A stretch of 64,000 nucleotides of DNA from Camelus ferus (Eukaryota). The stretch is from contig NC_045696.1 in NCBI RefSeq assembly GCF_009834535.1, positions 108,998,001 to 109,062,000 of the forward strand. The letters are read 5' to 3'. Under the pieces are notes generated by a model. That model ran no database searches. It worked only from the letters and a program-made list of their open reading frames with translations, and had not been told where the DNA came from. The translations under genes and the position numbers were made by a program. This document shows, one piece after another, positions 39,144-52,284 of this stretch; within the stretch, counting starts at the first letter, position 1, and each line of letters opens with the position of its first letter.

Positions 39144-41063
39144 CAGGAAAGCCTTCTCTGCAGTCAGAACATTACGTTAAGGTCTTATCCAGGTTTGGGG
39201 ACAGTGGAAGAGGGAACAGCAGGTGTGAGGGCCCCAGGATGTGAAGGGGTGTGCTGCTGGAGGCCTCTTCACTGGTCTCCAGTTTGATGGTGACCCACAG
39301 AATTGAGCCCACTAGTGACTGCGTGTATATTTGCAGGAGCCCTTGGGCTGCTGTGTGGAGGTGCTGGCAGGCCCTGTGCATCCAAGGTGAACTGCACAGG
39401 GACCTCACTACCACCTGGGATACAAGATGGAGCAGGCTGGGGGCCACGAGGAGTTGAGGGCTGAGATAGCTTCTGCCCCTTGAGTGGCTTAGAAGAAAAA
39501 GAGAAGGGAGAAGAGGGATTCAAGTCTACTGCTCTTGGTCACTTTCCTTTGGAGGTTTCCAGGAACAGTTGTCCCACAGTGGCTGACAGCAGTGGAGAAA
39601 GTGTAGACAAAGAAAATAGCACAAAAGCACAAAGATCTCACAGTTAGTGTAATGGGAAGAGAAGGGATGGTAACAGAGATCGGATGGTGGATCACAGGGG
39701 TGGGGAGAGGCCAGGATGGAGAGGGCGGTGGACGAAAGGTGAGGAGAGGACTTCCAGGAGGGCATGGCCAGCAGCCCAGATTCTCCAAGGAAGTCACTGA
39801 AGACTTTGGAGAGTAGAAGCAGAGGCCAGATATCAGAGAGCTGAACTGGTGGAAGGGAACTGTGGCGGGGAGGGGTTTGGGAGAATAAGGTAGGTAAGGA
39901 GTCAGCCGTGCCTGAGAAGGGAGGGAAAGTCTTCCAGATGGAGGGACCATGAGGAAGGCGGAGGGGAGAGGCCAGCTGAGCCTCCATCCCTGTCCTGTGG
40001 CCTGTGTGGGGATTCTCACTCCCAAGATGGGAGGTAGCGCTGAATGTAGTAGCTGAGCAGCTTGGCTTCAGGGGACCTCGTGGCTGATTAGATCGGAAGT
40101 CTTGGGACACTTGTCCTAAAGCCTGGGCATGGCTTTCCCCCTCCCCAGCAAGAGCACTGGACCCCTGGCTGGGGAGAGTTACTAGCATGGATCAGACACT
40201 AGTCTGTCTCCTTCCTTTGTGCTCATCCGTGAATGGGGCCAGGGAGGTGGCTGGGATGAGGAGCAGGGGATCATCTTCTGAGAGGAAGGCAAGGCGAGGC
40301 TCTCAGAGAAACCCTGCCCCTCCCTGTGGTCCTGCAAGGCAGGGAGGACCAGGTAGGAGAGTTCCCTGGGCTGCAAAGACCAGAGAACTGACCAGGACAG
40401 AGAAGACAGCGCTGGACGGCAATGGGAGCGGTGGGAGGGGTGGATGCAGAAGACCCTCCCATGCAGCCACTGACTTCCATCAAGAAGCCTGGGGTAGGGG
40501 AGAGGGGGAGACAAGGAAGCAGCCCCACCCCTTGAGCACAGTTTCCTGGAGGGAAGCCGCTCCAATCAGCTTTTAAAGGTAATGCATGGACATGACAGCC
40601 ATGACACTGTAATGATCTGATGCTGGAGGGAGCAGAGTGAAAGTAAGATGAACTTTGGAGGTGACGGTCAAAGGGTGGCTCTCCAACCAGCGTCTCTCCC
40701 TGCCCTGGAATCAGGCTAACCCTCTGTGCAGTCTTCATCTGATGTGAATTAAATGGGCAAAGCGATACAGCTAGGGGGCAGATTTTTTTTCTTGAGATCG
40801 ACCCCCAGCTTTCAGCTCTCTGGAAGAAAACCACCTCGAGGGAGTAGGGGAGCCCTTCCAGGGGTGTGCAGCCGCGGCTGAGATCCTGTTCAGTGACGTC
40901 ACACTTGTGGCTGAAAGCTATCATAGTGAAGGTATCTCTGCCGTGGAAATGGGCAGAGGCTGTAAGTCAGGGCCTTTCCCCCAGAGATCCTATTGTTAAA
41001 CATTTACTGGCACGTCGGGCACATGCTGACCCCATCTCACCTGACCCTGGCTCCTCTCCACAG

Positions 41064-41960
41064 TGAACGGGAAAGCCACGGTCACCATCGAGAGCTGCGC
41101 CCCGACGCTGTTCATGTTTATGCTCAACTGGTAAGCAGGAGCACGGGCTGCTGAACCTCAGGAAGAACGGGATGAAGCTGGACGTCTACCCGCCGACCGT
41201 GGGCACCCACAAGCTGCAGATCTTCGCCAAGGGCAACTCGGAGATCTACAGCTCGGTGCTGGAGTACACGCTCAAGTGCCACTACACCGACATGGACGTC
41301 CCGCTGCCTGCGGAGCTGCACCAGCCTGTGGGCCCCAGCTGGTTCTCGGAGCAGATGGGCATCGTGAAGCCGTCCCACCTTGAGCCGGTCATCTACACCA
41401 GCGATGGGCGCTGCTCCGTCAGCTTCGGCGTGGAGGAGGGCATCAGCGTCCTGGCGTCGCTGCACGGGGACGACGGCCCCATCACCGAGGAGACGCAGCG
41501 GCGCTACATCTTCCAGCTGCACCGGGAGAAGCGGACAGAGCTCAAAGTCCAGCTGCCCCACGCCGGCAAGTTTGCCCTCAAGATCTTCGTCAAGAAGAGG
41601 CAGGAACCAGGCAACTACATCTTCGTTTTCAATTACCTCCTGTGCTGCACCAACGCCAAGGTGAACTGGCCTGTGTTCCCCGAGAGCTTCGGCAACTGGG
41701 GGCCGGACAACGAGCTGCTGGAGCCCCTGTCGGGCGTGCTTCCTGCCAACCACAACGTCCCGTTCAAACTGAAGCTGCACGGCGTCGCCAAGGCCCTGGT
41801 GAAGGGGCAGGACACGTGGCCCCTGACCCTGAACCACGAGGGCTACTGGGAGGGCAGCTGCAGCACGGCCGGCTGCCAGGAAGTCTACGTCATGGTGCTG
41901 GAGAATGCCAACCACAACTTCTACTCCTACATCTTGAAATACAAAGTGAATGCCCAGTGA
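41064..41960 (+). CDS. KY: KY terminal coding exon (exon 11 equivalent), ends ...YILKYKVNAQ* (TGA 41958-41960). As written it has a +1 frameshift at ~41129 with TAA at 41132-41134.
   Basis: ctccacag acceptor ends at 41063. VNGKATVTIESCAPTLFMFMLN reads in one frame and GKQEHGLLNLRKNGMKLDVYPP... in the +1 frame (ORF 41172..41960). Confidence 0.95.
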
Positions 41961-44399
41961 CGGCCTGGGCCCCACCACCGCCTGCCGGGGCCCTCCGCCA
42001 GGCCCGCCTGGGGACGGCCCAGGGGCAGTGCAGAGAGCCCCGGACACCACTGCGTCTGCATGGAATCCCGTCTAGGCCTCTGCCTCAGTCTCCCTGCTCC
42101 GCCGCCGGAGCAGTGATGCTTGTGTTCTGATGGCCGAGGGGACAGAGGCAAAGGCCCTTTAGAAGAAAAAGGTGCTATGTAAATCTAAGGTATTGTAAAC
42201 TGTACCCCACTGCCCAGATGCCCCCTTCTCGTGCTGATACTGCTGTGGTTGCTACAGGGCTGGTGTGGGAATGCAGGCATGCTGCCCGGGCCGCGGTGGG
42301 GCGAGAGAAGAGGTACGTGCCCTGCGAGGCTGGGTCATCCTGAATCCTCGCACCCCCCTCAAGTAGCATCACAGTGTTTCTCACCAGCTCCCCAACCCCA
42401 GGGGGAGGTGGGACTACCATTTTTACCCCAGACCTGACCACCTTCCGCATTCCTGCTGCCACTCCTTGCTCTTTGAGGGCTGGGGAGGAGGTGTGGAGAG
42501 GAAGCTAATTGCCCCTCAAGTGGCTGGAGGCAGAGGGCCTCCACAATGCCTGTGTGTGCTGGGAATGTGGCAACAGAAAAGTTATGGGAGATACCAAGGC
42601 AAAGAGCAGCCAGTGCCCACTCTTGAGTGTCCTGGGTGGGGGCCAGGGGGTTCAGGGACACATGGCAGTCCTGCCACCTGAGCCTAAGGACATGAGACCT
42701 CCAACTCTGCTCTCAGAGGGACTGATTCGGTTCACTTGGCCCCTGCAGGTCCCCCTAGAGCCTGTGCCTCAGGCTGCAGCTGGCACCCATTACAGGGAGC
42801 CTCATGAGGCTGGGCCCTTGGGGAACCCTGGCCATCACCCTAACTAAAGACCCAGGCAAGGAGGAGTGCAAATGCTGCAGTGCCAGGGGGACCCCCAGGA
42901 TAACAGGGCCCCGTCAGCCCCCAAGATCCCTACCACCAAAGCCATGCCTGCGGAGATGCCGATCTGCCCTGGGAGCAATTTCTGTGCTTGTCCCTATCCC
43001 ATCCCCTCCCTCCCCTTCCTAGACAAGAGAAACCCCCCCAGGACCCCCCTCCTATAGGGACAGTTCCGAGCCCCTTACTTGCTCTGACCTGAGAAGCTTC
43101 GGCTGCCCAGCCAGCCCTTAGCAGCACCTCGGGCCAGCGTTGCTATGGCAACAGTGGAAAGGCTGTCTCAGTGAGGGCAATGAGAGGGAAGGATGGAGGG
43201 GCCTTGAGCGGCCATGTGTGGCCACAGCAGCGCCATCCCAGCACATGGAGACACTGGAGGTGGTCCCTACGGCCCTCCTGCTTCTCCAGCTCTACAGCCC
43301 CTGCCTTTCAGCACCTTGGCCCCTGAGGGGCAGCACTGCCCAGCACTCTGCCCACACTGCCTACCCTCCAAATGCCCCTGGGCTCAGTTACAGCCAGGGC
43401 CAGCCAGGATCCTCAGAACCTCCTCATTTATTCGTGGAGCACTTAATAAGCACCACACTGACCCTCCACACTGGGGCTACAGAGGGAATGGAAGGGCCCT
43501 GCCCCACCATCCCAGAGCTCAAGGTGGGTGGCAGCAGCCACCCCTGCCCACACCTGTCTCAAGTTCCAGTCTTCCAACACTTCAGTCCATCATTCCCTGG
43601 GGTTCCACCCCCAAAGATCCCCACTGCCACCCAGCATGGACCCAGTCCAGAGCAATGTGATGGGGTGCCTGTTCTGTACCAGGCTGGGGGCCCTGGAACA
43701 CAAGGGCAGTACACCTTGGGGGGCTGAGCCGCCCTGGCCTGTGTCCAGCATCCTCTGGCAGGCTCTGCCACCCAGGCATTCAGCACCATGTCACTCACGC
43801 CTGGAAAATGCACAAAGGCCACAGAGGCGGAATCAGCTGTGCACCACAACAGGGAAACAAGGGAGGGTTTACACCCTGAAAACAGCCTTTTCTCATTCTT
43901 TTGATTTTATAGGCTGAAAGCAACATGCTGTGTTTCATCAAAATAATAAGTGCCTTCTATGACTCATGTCACTCACTGGACCCAGAGCTGGCTGGCTCAT
44001 CTAGTCCTGCTGAGAACGACATGCATCCTTTACAAAGCAATGTAATTAATCAATACATTCTGGGGCGTGCAAAGGATGCCACCCAGCAAAATAGGAGCTT
44101 TCCCAAGAACAGAGAAGGAGGCGCAGCCTCTCAAAGCGCAGGTGGAGCATCAGCCTCCCCTCCCTGCTCAATTAACCAGGCGCCCCCGCCCCTTGTAAAG
44201 ACAGCTGTAGACACAGTCAGACAACACCTGCATTTCTATCCACTGAATTAAAAACACACGAAATGAAATCCAATCTTCATGAATTTTTACACGCATGCTG
44301 CTCAGGGTAGAATTCGGGGTTGCGTTTTGAAGTCTTTTATTCAAATCCCCATCTTTGTTTCCCGGTCGAAGCGTCCCAGCGGCCCGTGGAATGGCACGG

Positions 44400-44415
44400 G
44401 CGCCCCCTGGTGGCC
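44400..44415 (-). promoter_or_regulatory. CTCF binding motif (GGCCACCAGGGGGCGC on - strand) in a CpG-rich patch of the KY 3' UTR
   Basis: The + strand reads GCGCCCCCTGGTGGCC, essentially the CTCF core consensus. Local CpG enrichment at ~44300-44465. Confidence 0.75.
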
Positions 44416-45471
44416 GATATGCGGATCTGCCGGCGCTGCATCCCGACCCCCGACCCCCAACGCTGTGAGGCTGAATCTATCACTGGGGTTTTAGGCAGAA
44501 ATTGAAAAATGCGACTGAGATGTTTATGTTAAATTCACTGGGTGCTTTTTCATGGCTTCTCAGCGCTTCCTGTGTGTACATGGAGTACGTCGTTGCCACG
44601 CACAAGCTGTGAAGCGAGGCTGGGGGCTGCCTCTCGTGGTGGGAAGACACGAATGTAATAGGACTGGGGAGTGCTTTGCCTAGAAATCCCGTAGGAGTGT
44701 ATGGGACAGCTTTGACCACACTCATTCCTACGCCAGTGAAGGATTGAAACTGATCGAACTCAGAGAGCTTTTGCTGCAAGTCCTAGGATGGCAGCCCTCA
44801 GGCCACATAAGGGTGTGAAGGGTTGGGGAGGGTTGGGGAGAACTGAGGAGTGGGATAGCACGAATGGGCTACAACCACAACCGCAATTACCTTCAACTTG
44901 TTTCGGAAGCGCCACCAACACAGCTGGACTCCGTTTTCAACAATCTGATTGTGATCATTGTGTGTTCCCCCTATGTTACATTGTCCCTCCGGGACAAACT
45001 CCTTACAGCCTGCTGAGAGTAAAAGGAGGTAAATAGATAACTGAAGCATGAAGGATTGAGGCTAGACATAAAGAAGTATTTCCTGTTGTTAAGCAGGAGG
45101 GACAAGTTGCCAAGAAATTTTGTGAAATCCTCTTCTCCAAAGGACTTGAATAGTAAAAACGTTTTCCCAGTGGTCTTGGGTCTTAGAAGACAAGATTCTC
45201 TCCAAAGCAGTGAGTCCTTGAAATACACTAGCTCACCCTCAGCCAGCGAGAGAACCGTACTGTTGCGTCCTTTGCCACTGGCACAGTGTTCAGAGGTGGG
45301 GGGCATCTGTGTCCCACGTCAGTGTTTACCTGAGGTCGATCAGTTCTTTTCATTTGAGTGAGTAGCTGGAACTCTGAAGAGGTGTTGACTTTTCATAATG
45401 TGTGCATTGAGTTGTGTGGGCCAGTGGCTGTTGAGTATGCTTTCCCCACATTGTTGCTGGTGTTGTTTTTC

Positions 45472-45477
45472 AATAAA
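45472..45477 (+). terminator. Candidate KY polyadenylation signal AATAAA
   Basis: tgttgtttttc-AATAAA-atttatattcattttt, followed by U/GU-containing sequence. Confidence 0.7.
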
Positions 45478-48400
45478 ATTTATATTCATTTTTATCCAAC
45501 AATGTAATTATCGATCCATTCTTATCAGTGTTCTCACAAGGGGAGGAAAAACAGGAAAAAACACTTTCATGTTCAAAGGGAGCACTAGGGAAAAAAAATC
45601 AATCTCCCAGCTATTTGAATGTGATGGTGAGATGCTATTTCACATTAAAGGAAACATAATTAGGTTAGCTCCAGCCCCTCTCTGGCTCACATGCCTTTGA
45701 AGAACGTGAAGGCAGTGTTTCTTTCATTGAATCTTGTTTAACTTGAAGTTTTTTAAGTCGATCCTAATTTCTGTTTTTAGTGAAAGAAAAAAAAATTCCA
45801 GAAATGCCTATCAGCCTACTTTTTTGATTGTTTTGAATATACATAAATATATATTTGTTGATATTCATATACTTTGCAGAAACTTTTCAGCAGGTTGCTT
45901 AAGCAGATTATTCATAAATTAGACATTTAGGGAAGTACAGAAAATGAAAATCAAGATACCTCTGAGAAGCTGCTGTAACCATGGAGACCATTCTTAACAG
46001 CTGTAATGTGAAGGACAAAAAAACTCACGTTCCCATATCTGGCCCGCTGCACCCCTGACTGCTAGACCCACAAACACGACGAGCCCCATCACGCTTCTCC
46101 TTACGAAGGAGCCCACAGGTGGACCACATCTTTAACAGCATAGTTAAGAGGAAGTCAGAACAAACAATCTCCACAGAATAGAAGGAGGAACTCTTGAATT
46201 ACTAGAACAGTCTGAAAATGCCAGCCTGGGGCTGGAGTGGATGACCTCTAAAGTCCCTTCCAGTCTGGAGAGTTTGTGATGCTGTGTCTCCGTGAACAGA
46301 TGCTGGCAGGTGGTAGACCTGGGATTGTCAGCGGTGGAACATCTGAAGGGCCCTGCTGTGTTAAGAGCCAGCCCTGCAGCCCCCGGCAGACTGCGCTGCG
46401 GGCTTCTCTCTTGCCTGAGGGCAAGGGGCTGGAGACGACCCAGCAGAAGGACCAAAGGGGAAGCAACAGCCCCGACAGGATGTTGCTTCTCTCTGATTTT
46501 GCGAGCAGAACTAAGGAAAACTGAAAATCAGGCAGCAATTGGAATACCCTCTCTCGGATGTTCCCCCTGAATTCCTGAGTCAAAAGATACTGAACCAAAG
46601 TCAATTCTCTCCCCCAGACTACCTCCATCTGCTCCTGGGCCCCAAACACAGTAAACACATCCCCAGCCCCCAGGAACCTGCGACAAACTCGTGGTGCCCA
46701 CCAGTGACTCCTGCGTCTCCCTGGGTGAGGAAATCTGGTCCATCCTGCTGTGTTCCATATCTGACCTACTCCTCCAACTCCACTGCAAAATGGCAAATCT
46801 TTGGTTATTTAAGACCAAAAAGCAGAAAAATTTTCTCCCGGCACAGCCTGAGTACACGGGACTGTCTTCGGGAGAGTTGATGTCTCGGAAAACAACGGTC
46901 CAGTGAATACTCAGAGCTCCTGATTCTTTGAGCATCGTTATCCTAAAGTACCTCCTCTAAAAAGAAGCACCTGCAGGATGAGACATAAAAGAGACAGAGA
47001 TCCTCAAGGTCCTTGGTATATCCAGTGGCAAAGCTTGGTCACGAGGGTTTGAGAATGAGAAGGGAATCTGGACTTAAACCAGCTCTCCAGATGTTTGGTC
47101 ATTGCTGCCTGGAGGACTGTGTTAAGAAGGATTCTGAGGTCACGTGGGGATCAGTAGGAAAGAGTGCTGTGATTGGCTAGTGATCTACAGACTCGGGATT
47201 GAAGGGTGAGGTATGCCATGTGTTTGCCAATTCTGCCTTCAAGGTAGCCAAGCGCGGACGAAGACCAAATAAGCAGGAGATTATTCAGACCAGGGGGTAA
47301 ACCCTGGCCTCCTAGCAACCTCACCCACTGATGAACAACCAGTCAACTCCCACCATAGGCCAGAGGACACTCTGGAGGCATCCCGACCACCGCTGGGCTC
47401 CAGGAGGTGGCCATGCAACCCACCGGCGTGGAGCGCAAATGCAGGCAGTGCACAGCGCTCCAGGAAGGAGGAGCCACGCCGAACTTGTGTGTTATTTCAT
47501 CTCATGATGAAACAGTACCTTGCATTTAGAATAAATGATCAGTCCATGTTTGGAGTGAACATCAATTTGTCCTTTCAAAAATGAAATTATAGACCATTAG
47601 GTTTTATTTACATGGCTGTTGACCCCAAAAGCTGTTGAGTTACAACATCTTAAGTCATCGGTTCTTTTTCCCAACTAAGAAGTTTATGCCAGACAACGAG
47701 CTCCTTTGCCCCTTTGGGAAATGTGAATTTACGGAAAGACAGAGATTGCCACCTGGCTGGGTGTGCTCACGGTGTTTGCCTGCGGGAAGCAATCAGGACC
47801 ACAGATCGATTGAGGAGTGCTCTTCTTCCTGGGGGACCCACCGCCCTCACCTTGTACTGAGATTGCTTTGTTTCCATCCAGGGGGACGGCTGACTGCCTC
47901 TGTGACACAAGGAATCAGCTGTCATTTCACCCTGGCTGTGCGGGGACCTGGCAGTGATGCCCCCACCACCCTGTGCCACTGAGGGCAGAGGGGAAGCCCT
48001 GCCGCTAATAGCCAAGAGCAATTGATTAATGGAGAACAGATGTAAGGGGTGAGGGGCCCCTTGCAGCTCCCATCTGGGCAAAGTGCTGATGAGGGAAGAC
48101 GAGGAAATGTTTATGTAAAAGAAGTGACTGTGGAACAACAAATTGTCCAGTGAACCCTTTGCCGATATGTACATTTATCAGCATGTTTGTGAACACCAAA
48201 GGGATCTGGAAATTAACACTGACCATTTCATTATGTTACAATGAAATGTAGCCAAGATACTGATGGTGTTGGGAGGCCTCCTGCCCCCAAATCCTTTGTG
48301 ATTGTCCTGCCCTCAGGACGGACGACGGTGAGCGTGGGCATTGTGAACCCTCTCGTGTCTGTTTCATCAGGATCAGATCCCCTTCCCCACCTCCCAGGAG

Positions 48401-48799
48401 AAACGCAGCAGAGAGAACATGTCAACCTGATTGCAGGAGGAAAACCATTTTGTCTGTAAAAGCTTCTTTGGGCATTTTTAAAGCTCAACAAGAGTGTTAA
48501 AAGTCTATTTAAAAAGAAGCCAATGGGCTTCTTTCTGGAAAGTTGGCCTCTTAGCTGCTGGTCGCTGTTTGAGTGAAAGCTGTCTTGTGCGGTCAGGAGC
48601 CATCGATGCAGGATTGAAGGCTCTATTTCCCTCCATCAACATTGACTTGGGAGATCCCTGCAGCTCCCTGGAGACCCCTCCTCACGGTGCTCCTGAGGCT
48701 GGGGTGGCCTGTCGGACGACACCAGGATGCTACAATGGTTCAACGCACAAACCCCGCAGTCAGCCACCCAGATTCTACACACCCCCTGTGCCACATCGC

Positions 48800-48945
48800 A
48801 CTGCTGTGGGCAAGTTACTGAACCTCCTGTCCTAGTTTTCTCAGCAGTAAAATCATAGCACCTACCAAGAAAGTTTCTGATGAGGTTTGAATGAGTTACA
48901 AGGATAAAGTGAACAGAACCATCCCCAGCTCATAGTAAGTGCTCG
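48800..48945 (+). mobile_element. MIR SINE
   Basis: gggcaagttactgaacctc...agttttctcagcagtaaaat...catagtaagtgctc. Confidence 0.65.
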
Positions 48946-51900
48946 CTGAGGTCACCACTGCCACACCACAGTTGTCACCAGCATGATGAGGATGATACCG
49001 ATGTGCTGTGCGTTGTTCCCTGGAGAATCTGAAGCTCACAGGCCCCTCATAAAGTCATTCCAGTCATGGATTCCAGCCTAATAAGAAGAAATCCTGTCTC
49101 CAACACTTGACCGCCCTGCCTCTCCTGGAATCTTCCAGAGGACAGAAGCTCAGCCCTGCACCAGGCAGCTGTACATTACCTGACACCTCTGCTGAAAGGC
49201 CCTCCCTCCTACATGCCTGCCTTAAATTAAAGCAGTTGACCAATCTGCCCGCTGGCCTGTGAACACATCTGTCACATTCCAGGACCACCAGGCGGCAGGA
49301 GCCCTGAGCCACCAGCACAGACCCAACTGATGCCACCCCAACCCCGTTCTCCCTTCCCATCTCCCACTTCCAAGGAGGAGGGTAGAAATTCTTCCTTTCT
49401 CTCAGTAATGTTTAGTAGACCTTTGTAGAACCTTGCCTATGTTCTGTTAGGTATGTTTCTAAGTATGTTTTTCATGATGCAGTAAATGGTATCAGTTTTT
49501 AACTTCAGTTTCTAATCATTCATTTCCAGTGTATAGAAATACAATTATAGTACCTGAAATCATGCTATACATTCTTTGTGACTGTGTACAAAGACAAAAA
49601 TATGGTTGCGAAATGTTAACACCATCACCAGGATAGCATTTGCTTCTGAAGACAGAAAAAAAAGGACATGAAATTAGGAAAGGCCACGAAGAAGTTTTCA
49701 GAAATCTTGTATGCTAGGTGAATTTTGAAGCATAGCTGATGAAATGTTGGCATTTGTTAAATCTGGCTGGGAGGGTGGGCAAGTCATCCATGCCACCATC
49801 TAAGAAAAATAATCTTTGCCTAACCCAGGATCACAAAGATCCATTTTCTTCTAGGGGTTTTATGGCTTTAGCTCTTAATGGAAGTCATTCTATTCTATGA
49901 GCCCCATCCTCCATGGAGGATGGAAGGAGCCCGTGGCAGGTGGCCTGATGCTGTGTGTCGGTGTCCCTTAGAGCCCTGCCAGCAAGGGAAGGTGGCCCAT
50001 CCTCCTGTAGCTCCCCACCCCTGTCCTGGGGGTCATGCCTGTGGTGATAGACCCCAGCCCAGGTCATCCTTATCACCCCTATGCTGTGTGGGCAGAGGTT
50101 GTAAATCTGCTTTGCAGCCTGCACACTGTTAATTGGTGCCTACACTTAAAAATCAGGAAAACCACATTAGTATCTGACTGGTGACTTGCCCTAAGAAGCC
50201 AGTGAACATCTCCACAGGGGACCAAGTTGCAGCGCTCCCTTTGGATGGGCGCTGCTCAGGTTACCCACGCCTGCCCCTCTGACCGTCTCCCAAACCCTCA
50301 GACCAAGGTCAGCTGCCCAGCCTTGAGTGGATGCTTTCCTTCTGCCCCTCTTGGGTAACAGATGTTACCTGCAAGGCCTCATCTACAGCTTTTTGATTCT
50401 CTTCCCTATTTGGCGTCTCACCTGACCTCACTGAGCGAGAATCAGAGTCCATGTTCTGCATATGAAGAAACTGCCCAAGGGCGTACAGCTGCTAAGTGGC
50501 CAACTGGCTTTGAGGCCTCCCTCTCTGCTCTTAGACTGCTTCCCTTGGCCTGTCACCCTGGGCACTGGGGCTGCCTCAGTGATGCAGACTGCTTAAGGGC
50601 GCAGGTGTGCTAGTAGCCCCACTGTGCACACTTGTCAGAGGTTCTGAGAGCAAGAAGGGAGCCGGGCTCTGTATTGCCAGCATCTTCAGGGAATCGCAGG
50701 AGCTCAGACTTCTAAGATACGGAGTTTGCTTGGTTAAATATTTGATGAATGAATGAATAAATGGATGCACTGTCATCTGAGTAGCCCAGATACGTTTAAC
50801 CATTAATCCAAACGCATTAACTGCAGAAATATTTTAGCTCAGGCATGAAGGAAGAGGAGGAAGGGCAGCCTACCAGGCAGCCAGGCCAGGCCCTCCCTGG
50901 CCACCGAGGCCCTCTTGTCTCCTGGCTGAGCATTTAAGGGAGGCCTTCCCATGAAAAGCATAGACAATAATATTTGCACAACCCTCTTGGGTAAACTGGG
51001 GAGGATTCAAGGCTATCTATAGGGAACAAAATTCATTACATTTTCTCTGCAGTACATAATTATGATGATAAAAATAAAATGAAAGTATTAGGAAAGACAC
51101 TGAATTTATATAAAACTGGTAAGATCTGCTCAAATATTTTAATGAAAACCCAGACTTCTCTTTCACGATCTTAACTTTTTGTGTCAGGATTTATGCTAGA
51201 AATTGTTAAAAAAAATTCCTGATCAAGATGCTTTCAATTCTTCCTAGTCCACTTTGATGAGAAACTCTGCAAAGTAATGATAATTTTCCTTTACAATATT
51301 AATTCGAAAATTATAAAATGTATTTAGAGACTCCAATTGCAATTCCTCTTCTTTAAATGACAAATTTATTGCTGAAGTATGGACAGATTTTGAATCCAAT
51401 AAAACATTTTTGATCAACCAATATAGCATGAGAAACACTAATTTGGGGAGCTTCTGTTTCTTGTAGCTGGCTTGGGGTGAGGGGTGGCAGGGTACGCAAT
51501 AGAGAGCTACGATTAACTGACCATTGCTGGATAAAATGTTTGCCTTGTTTGTAAGATTTAATTTTAGGCCAGGGGCCCAAAATGCATGACTTGAGATTCA
51601 GGGACTACTGGATTACTTTGTGAAGACAGAATTCAGGACCACTAGAGTTGTCCCCACCGGAATTCCATCTGGCCTCCCTGCACCAGCCACCCTCCTCCTG
51701 CCCCTTGTCCCCAGTCCCCAGGTGGCTGCGCTTGGGCTACAAAATTCTGCCTGGGTGCACAGAGCATCAGCTCCTGCTGTTGTCATGGGCTCCTTGTCCA
51801 CAGTGGACAGCGGGACCCTCTGCAGCTCTGTTGAAGGAGATGTCCAAGTGGTCCAGCTTTTCCTTGATCATATGCAACGAGCCCAGGATGTCACTCATTG

Positions 51901-52284
51901 GGTTTGTCACTTATAGGGACTGTGGGCTGCTTGACCAAACCTAGCTTTTCTCTAAGAGTCCCAGGCCAGGAACTCTGACCATCCCAGGCTTGACCTGGCT
52001 GCCTGATATGCGGAGGGCATCTAAGAACCCAGGGTCCCCGGTAACCCAGGTGGGAGCCTCTGATCTGTCACGTGCATAATGCTGGTTTTCCAAGATGCCC
52101 AAAGGCACTCCATGAATAATGGATAAGTTGGTTTGTGATCTCATCCATTTAAAGACTCAGTTTTTAGAACCACAGGTGACACTAAGCACAAATGCCTCCC
52201 TCACGACACAAGTGAAAGTTCACGTAGAACCAGACTGACCAGATATAAGGTAAAGCATAAATAAGCACCGAGCCTCTAAATCAT

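Larger units (their letters stand above)
41961..45505 (+). other. KY: KY 3' UTR (~3.5 kb, end approximate)
   Basis: Runs from the stop codon to the clear AATAAA in U-rich context at 45472. The length fits the long last exon recalled for human KY. Confidence 0.65.

Noticed and set aside
41172..41960. 262-aa ORF as a stand-alone gene
   Set aside because: It is the post-frameshift part of the KY terminal exon, and its ATG is an internal Met.
41124..42050. 308-aa ORF on the - strand
   Set aside because: It is the antisense shadow of the GC3-rich KY last exon, with no independent coding evidence.
51040..51610. AT-rich block with a 64-aa - strand ORF
   Set aside because: It looks like a decayed DNA-transposon remnant, but I cannot assign a family or support a gene.
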